A stretch of 20,000 nt of DNA, from IMG/VR virus record IMGVR_UViG_3300030117_006168, one strand, 5' to 3'. This document shows positions 16,888-20,000 of the stretch, in pieces; the stretch's first letter is position 1; each line of letters opens with the position of its first letter. This DNA is from an uncultured virus (IMG/VR IMGVR_UViG_3300030117_006168). Lineage: Duplodnaviria; Heunggongvirae; Uroviricota; Caudoviricetes. Below the pieces are notes generated by a model. The model searched no databases and was not told the DNA's origin. It saw nothing but the letters and a program-made list of their open reading frames with translations. The translations under genes and the position numbers were made by a program.

Positions 16888-16898
16888 ATGGAAACATT

Positions 16899-17714
16899 AT
16901 GGAAATACAAGTTAAAGTAGATGATTTGAAAAAACATAAATTATTCATTGCAACACCAATGTATGGTGGTATGGCACATGGTCTTTATATTAAATCATGT
17001 TTAGACCTTCAAGCACAAATGAACAAGTATGGGGTAGAAACCAAGTTTTCATTCCTTTTCAATGAATCATTAATTACAAGAGCGAGAAATTATTTAGTTG
17101 ATGAATTTTTAAGATCCGAATTTACGCATCTATTATTCATTGACTCTGACATACACTATAATCCACAAGATGTATTGGCCTTATTAGCAATGAATAAAGA
17201 AGTATCTGGTGGTCCTTATCCAAAAAAATCTATCAATTGGGGTAACATAGCTCATGCAGCTAGACAACATAAAGATATGGATCCAGGTGAGCTTGAGGCT
17301 TTAGTTGGGGAATATGTATTCAATGTAGTGAAAGGAACAGATCAATTCCAAGTTACTGAACCATTAGAAGTGATGGAGATCGGTACTGGTTTTATGTTAG
17401 TTCAACGTCAAGTATTTGACCAAATGAAAGATGCGTACCCACAAATACATTACAAACCAGATCATGTTGGACAAAAACATTTTGATGGTTCAAGATACAT
17501 TCATGCTTACTTTGATACTGTGATTGATAGTAAAGGTAGTATTACTGATGGTGGTTCAGATAGGTATCTAAGTGAAGATTATATGTTTTGTCAAATGTGG
17601 CGTAAGATAGGCGGTAAAATATTCTTATGTCCTTGGATGAAAACGCAACACATTGGTACTTACGCTTTCTCTGGTAATATGCCAGCTGTTGCACAATTTA
17701 CTGGTAAACTATGA
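16899..17714 (+). CDS. GT-A fold glycosyltransferase-like protein
   Basis: IATPMYGG, NESLITRARN, LLFIDSDI (DxD), GTGFMLV and LSEDYMFC. Confidence 0.8.
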   Translation: MEIQVKVDDLKKHKLFIATPMYGGMAHGLYIKSCLDLQAQMNKYGVETKFSFLFNESLITRARNYLVDEFLRSEFTHLLFIDSDIHYNPQDVLALLAMNKEVSGGPYPKKSINWGNIAHAARQHKDMDPGELEALVGEYVFNVVKGTDQFQVTEPLEVMEIGTGFMLVQRQVFDQMKDAYPQIHYKPDHVGQKHFDGSRYIHAYFDTVIDSKGSITDGGSDRYLSEDYMFCQMWRKIGGKIFLCPWMKTQHIGTYAFSGNMPAVAQFTGKL

Positions 17715-18004
17715 AACAAATAGAGTACAAATATAATGAAGATGAACTGATCAATGAATTACATTTATACATAGATCAAACATATGGGCAACACTATTCA
17801 AAAGATAAGTTTCAGGCGACTGAATTTATTATTGATAGTGGCCATGGTGAAGGATTCTGTATTGGTAACATTATGAAATATGCACAAAGGTACGGCAAAA
17901 AAGATGGCTATTGCCGAAAAGACCTTTTAAAAGTGTTACACTATGGAATAATAGCATTACATAATCATGATATAAAACGAGGTGATAATAATGAAGTTAA
18001 GTGA
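17711..18004 (+). CDS. DUF3310-like phage protein
   Basis: HY....QATEFI.....GFCIGNIMKYAQRYGKK....DLLK..HY pattern. Confidence 0.75.
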   Translation: MKQIEYKYNEDELINELHLYIDQTYGQHYSKDKFQATEFIIDSGHGEGFCIGNIMKYAQRYGKKDGYCRKDLLKVLHYGIIALHNHDIKRGDNNEVK

Positions 18005-18683
18005 TAAAACTTTAAATGTTTTAAAGAATTATGCAAACATCAATCAAGGTATATTTTTTAAGAAAGGTAAAGTTCTTAAAACTGTATCTTCTCATAAGAA
18101 TATTTTAGCAGAGGCCACAATTGGTGAAGATGTACCAACAGATTTTGGTGTTTATGATCTAAACAATTTTCTTTCAGTAGTTTCGTTACATAAAGATGAT
18201 CCATCATTTGAGTTTGACGATAAACACGTTATGATTGTTGGCATGAAAGGTCGATCAAAGATTAAGTATCGTTTTTGTGAACCAACAATGATTGTTCTAC
18301 CACCAGAAAAAGACTTTGTAATGCCAGCAGCTGAGATAAATTGTTTAATTACAAGTGAAGATTTCGATTGGATTTTAAAGGCGAGTTCTGTTTTAAGTTC
18401 TCCACATATTGCAATTCAATCTGATGGTATTACAGTTGATGTTGTTGCTTTTAACGGCCAAGATGATAGTTCACATACTGATTCATTACAGATTGATAAA
18501 GGTAATGGTAATCAGTATAAAATGATTTTTAAAACTGAAAACATTAGTAAAATTATGGGTGGTAATTATGAAGTGAGTATATCATCTAAGGGTGTTTCTC
18601 ATTTCAAAAACAAAGATGTACCATTACAGTATTGGATATCTACCGAAACGGGTAGTAAATTTAAGGAAAAAGATAATGGCTAA
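17991..18683 (+). CDS. gp45: Sliding clamp (DNA polymerase accessory protein) gp45
   Basis: MKLSDKTLNVLKNYANINQGI..., FGVYDLNNFL and C-terminal YWISTE. Lies upstream of gp44. Confidence 0.93.
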   Translation: MKLSDKTLNVLKNYANINQGIFFKKGKVLKTVSSHKNILAEATIGEDVPTDFGVYDLNNFLSVVSLHKDDPSFEFDDKHVMIVGMKGRSKIKYRFCEPTMIVLPPEKDFVMPAAEINCLITSEDFDWILKASSVLSSPHIAIQSDGITVDVVAFNGQDDSSHTDSLQIDKGNGNQYKMIFKTENISKIMGGNYEVSISSKGVSHFKNKDVPLQYWISTETGSKFKEKDNG

Positions 18684-18912
18684 TTTTGTCAAATTTAAAA
18701 ATTCATTCAAAGGTAATGTTACTGATGAAATATGGATTAATGTAGATAGAATATGTACTTTTTTTGCTACGTTGAAAACTGATGCAAATAATGAAATGAC
18801 AACAGTTACAACACTATACGCAGGTCAAGAGGGTTCTTGGGAAGTAGATGATTCTATTGAAGAGGTTTATAAAAAAATAGAACAAGTTACAAGTTCTAGA
18901 AAATCTATATGA
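18676..18912 (+). CDS. Small protein, FlbD/SwrD-like pattern
   Basis: ATG 18676 after AAGGA. IWINVDRI...T.L......V.DSIEEV.KKI resembles the FlbD family pattern. Confidence 0.6.
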   Translation: MANFVKFKNSFKGNVTDEIWINVDRICTFFATLKTDANNEMTTVTTLYAGQEGSWEVDDSIEEVYKKIEQVTSSRKSI

Positions 18913-18936
18913 TGATTTATTATGTGAGGAGTTCCG

Positions 18937-19869
18937 ATGGAACATTTATTATGGACAGAGAAGTATCGGCCAAAGGCCATAAAGGATTGCATATTACCTG
19001 ATAGACTTAAAAAACCTTTTCAAGAATATGTAAATCAATCTAACATACCAAACTTATTACTAAGCGGCGGTGCAGGTGTTGGTAAAACCACAGTTGCAAA
19101 AGCCATGTGTGATGAGATTGGTTGTGATTCACTCGTCATTAATGGTTCTGATGAATCAGGCATTGACACCTTCCGTGTTAAGATAAAAAACTATGCTTCA
19201 TCAATGAGTCTAGCTGGTGGTCGTAAGGTCATCATTATAGACGAAGCTGACTATCTTAATCCAAACTCAACTCAACCTGCTTTGCGTAATGCGATAGAAG
19301 AATTTGCGAGTAATTGTTCTTTTATATTTACTTGTAATTATAAGAATCGTATTATCGACCCTTTACATTCAAGGTGTGCTGTTGTAGATTTTACACTACG
19401 CAACGGTGAGAAAGCCAAAATGGCATCACAGTTTATGAAAAGAATTACCAATATACTTGGTGATGAAAAGATTGAATATGATGATAAGGTGATCGTAGAA
19501 CTTATTAAGAAACATTTTCCAGATTTTCGTAGAGTGATTAATGAGTTACAAAGATATTCAAACTTTGGTAAGATTGATATTGGTATTTTGGCTCAAATTG
19601 GTGATGTACCGATAGAAAAAGTTGTGACACTCATCCATGAAAAGAACTTTAAAGAGATTAGAAAATGGATCGCTACCAATGATGTTGATTCAAATACTTT
19701 GTTTCGTAAACTATATGATGTTCTATATGAAAAGTTAAAATCACATTCAATACCAAAAGCAGTTTTAATACTTGCTGATTATCAATACAAAGCTGCTTTT
19801 GTATCTGATCAAGAAATTAATACAGTTGCTTGTTTAACTGAATTGATGATGGAGTGTGACTTTGCATGA
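18937..19869 (+). CDS. gp44: Clamp loader large subunit gp44 (RFC-like AAA+)
   Basis: LWTEKYRP, GGAGVGKTT, IIDEAD, SRC motif and FPDFRR. GAGGAG RBS. Confidence 0.96.
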   Translation: MEHLLWTEKYRPKAIKDCILPDRLKKPFQEYVNQSNIPNLLLSGGAGVGKTTVAKAMCDEIGCDSLVINGSDESGIDTFRVKIKNYASSMSLAGGRKVIIIDEADYLNPNSTQPALRNAIEEFASNCSFIFTCNYKNRIIDPLHSRCAVVDFTLRNGEKAKMASQFMKRITNILGDEKIEYDDKVIVELIKKHFPDFRRVINELQRYSNFGKIDIGILAQIGDVPIEKVVTLIHEKNFKEIRKWIATNDVDSNTLFRKLYDVLYEKLKSHSIPKAVLILADYQYKAAFVSDQEINTVACLTELMMECDFA

Positions 19870-20000
19870 TAATCAAAATAAGATTATATCTTGGATTAGG
19901 CGAGATTATAAAGTAAATAGATTTCGTTTTATTGTAGAGTTTTCGGCATGGTTAATGAGCATTGGTTGTACAATTCTCATGGCAGCTACAGTACCAAACC
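19862..20000 (+). CDS. Putative small membrane protein (3'-truncated; not in ORF track)
   Basis: GGAG (19851-19854) then TTG 19862 opens a frame to the window end: (M)HDNQNKIISWIRRDYKVNRFRFIVEFSAWLMSIGCTILMAATVPN, which includes a hydrophobic helix. Confidence 0.6.
   Translation, partial: MHDNQNKIISWIRRDYKVNRFRFIVEFSAWLMSIGCTILMAATVPN

Noticed and set aside
19866..19916. ATG-start ORF overlapping the gp44 stop
   Set aside because: Closes after 16 codons; the TTG-start frame at 19862 has better RBS spacing and stays open.

Overview
AT-rich (~30% GC by eye), densely packed segment of a T4-like myophage genome (environmental cyanophage/pelagiphage-type layout), with all credible genes on the + strand. 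The core order is uvsW - Sm-like gene - [accessory cassette] - gp55 - gp47 - gp46 - peptide deformylase - VWA/MoxR ('cobT/cobS-like') pair - gp45 - gp44. The accessory cassette between uvsW and gp55 holds a sugar-isomerase-type cupin, an SNase-type nuclease, a B12-dependent radical SAM enzyme, a DJ-1/PfpI protein, an HddA-like heptose kinase and a 2OG-Fe(II) oxygenase. The most notable observation is a DUF4338/DruA-like gene followed immediately by a 66-nt non-canonical tRNA-Gly-like RNA. It keeps the glycyl-tRNA synthetase identity elements and an encoded CCA but has altered D-, T- and anticodon loops, suggesting a dedicated aminoacyl carrier RNA plus transferase, possibly for DNA hypermodification (inference). 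Also seen: a duplicated 42-bp sigma70 promoter with an upstream palindrome, a strong antisense promoter facing the accessory cassette, and a possible H-type pseudoknot upstream of a winged-helix gene. All family assignments come from motif recognition, not database searches.
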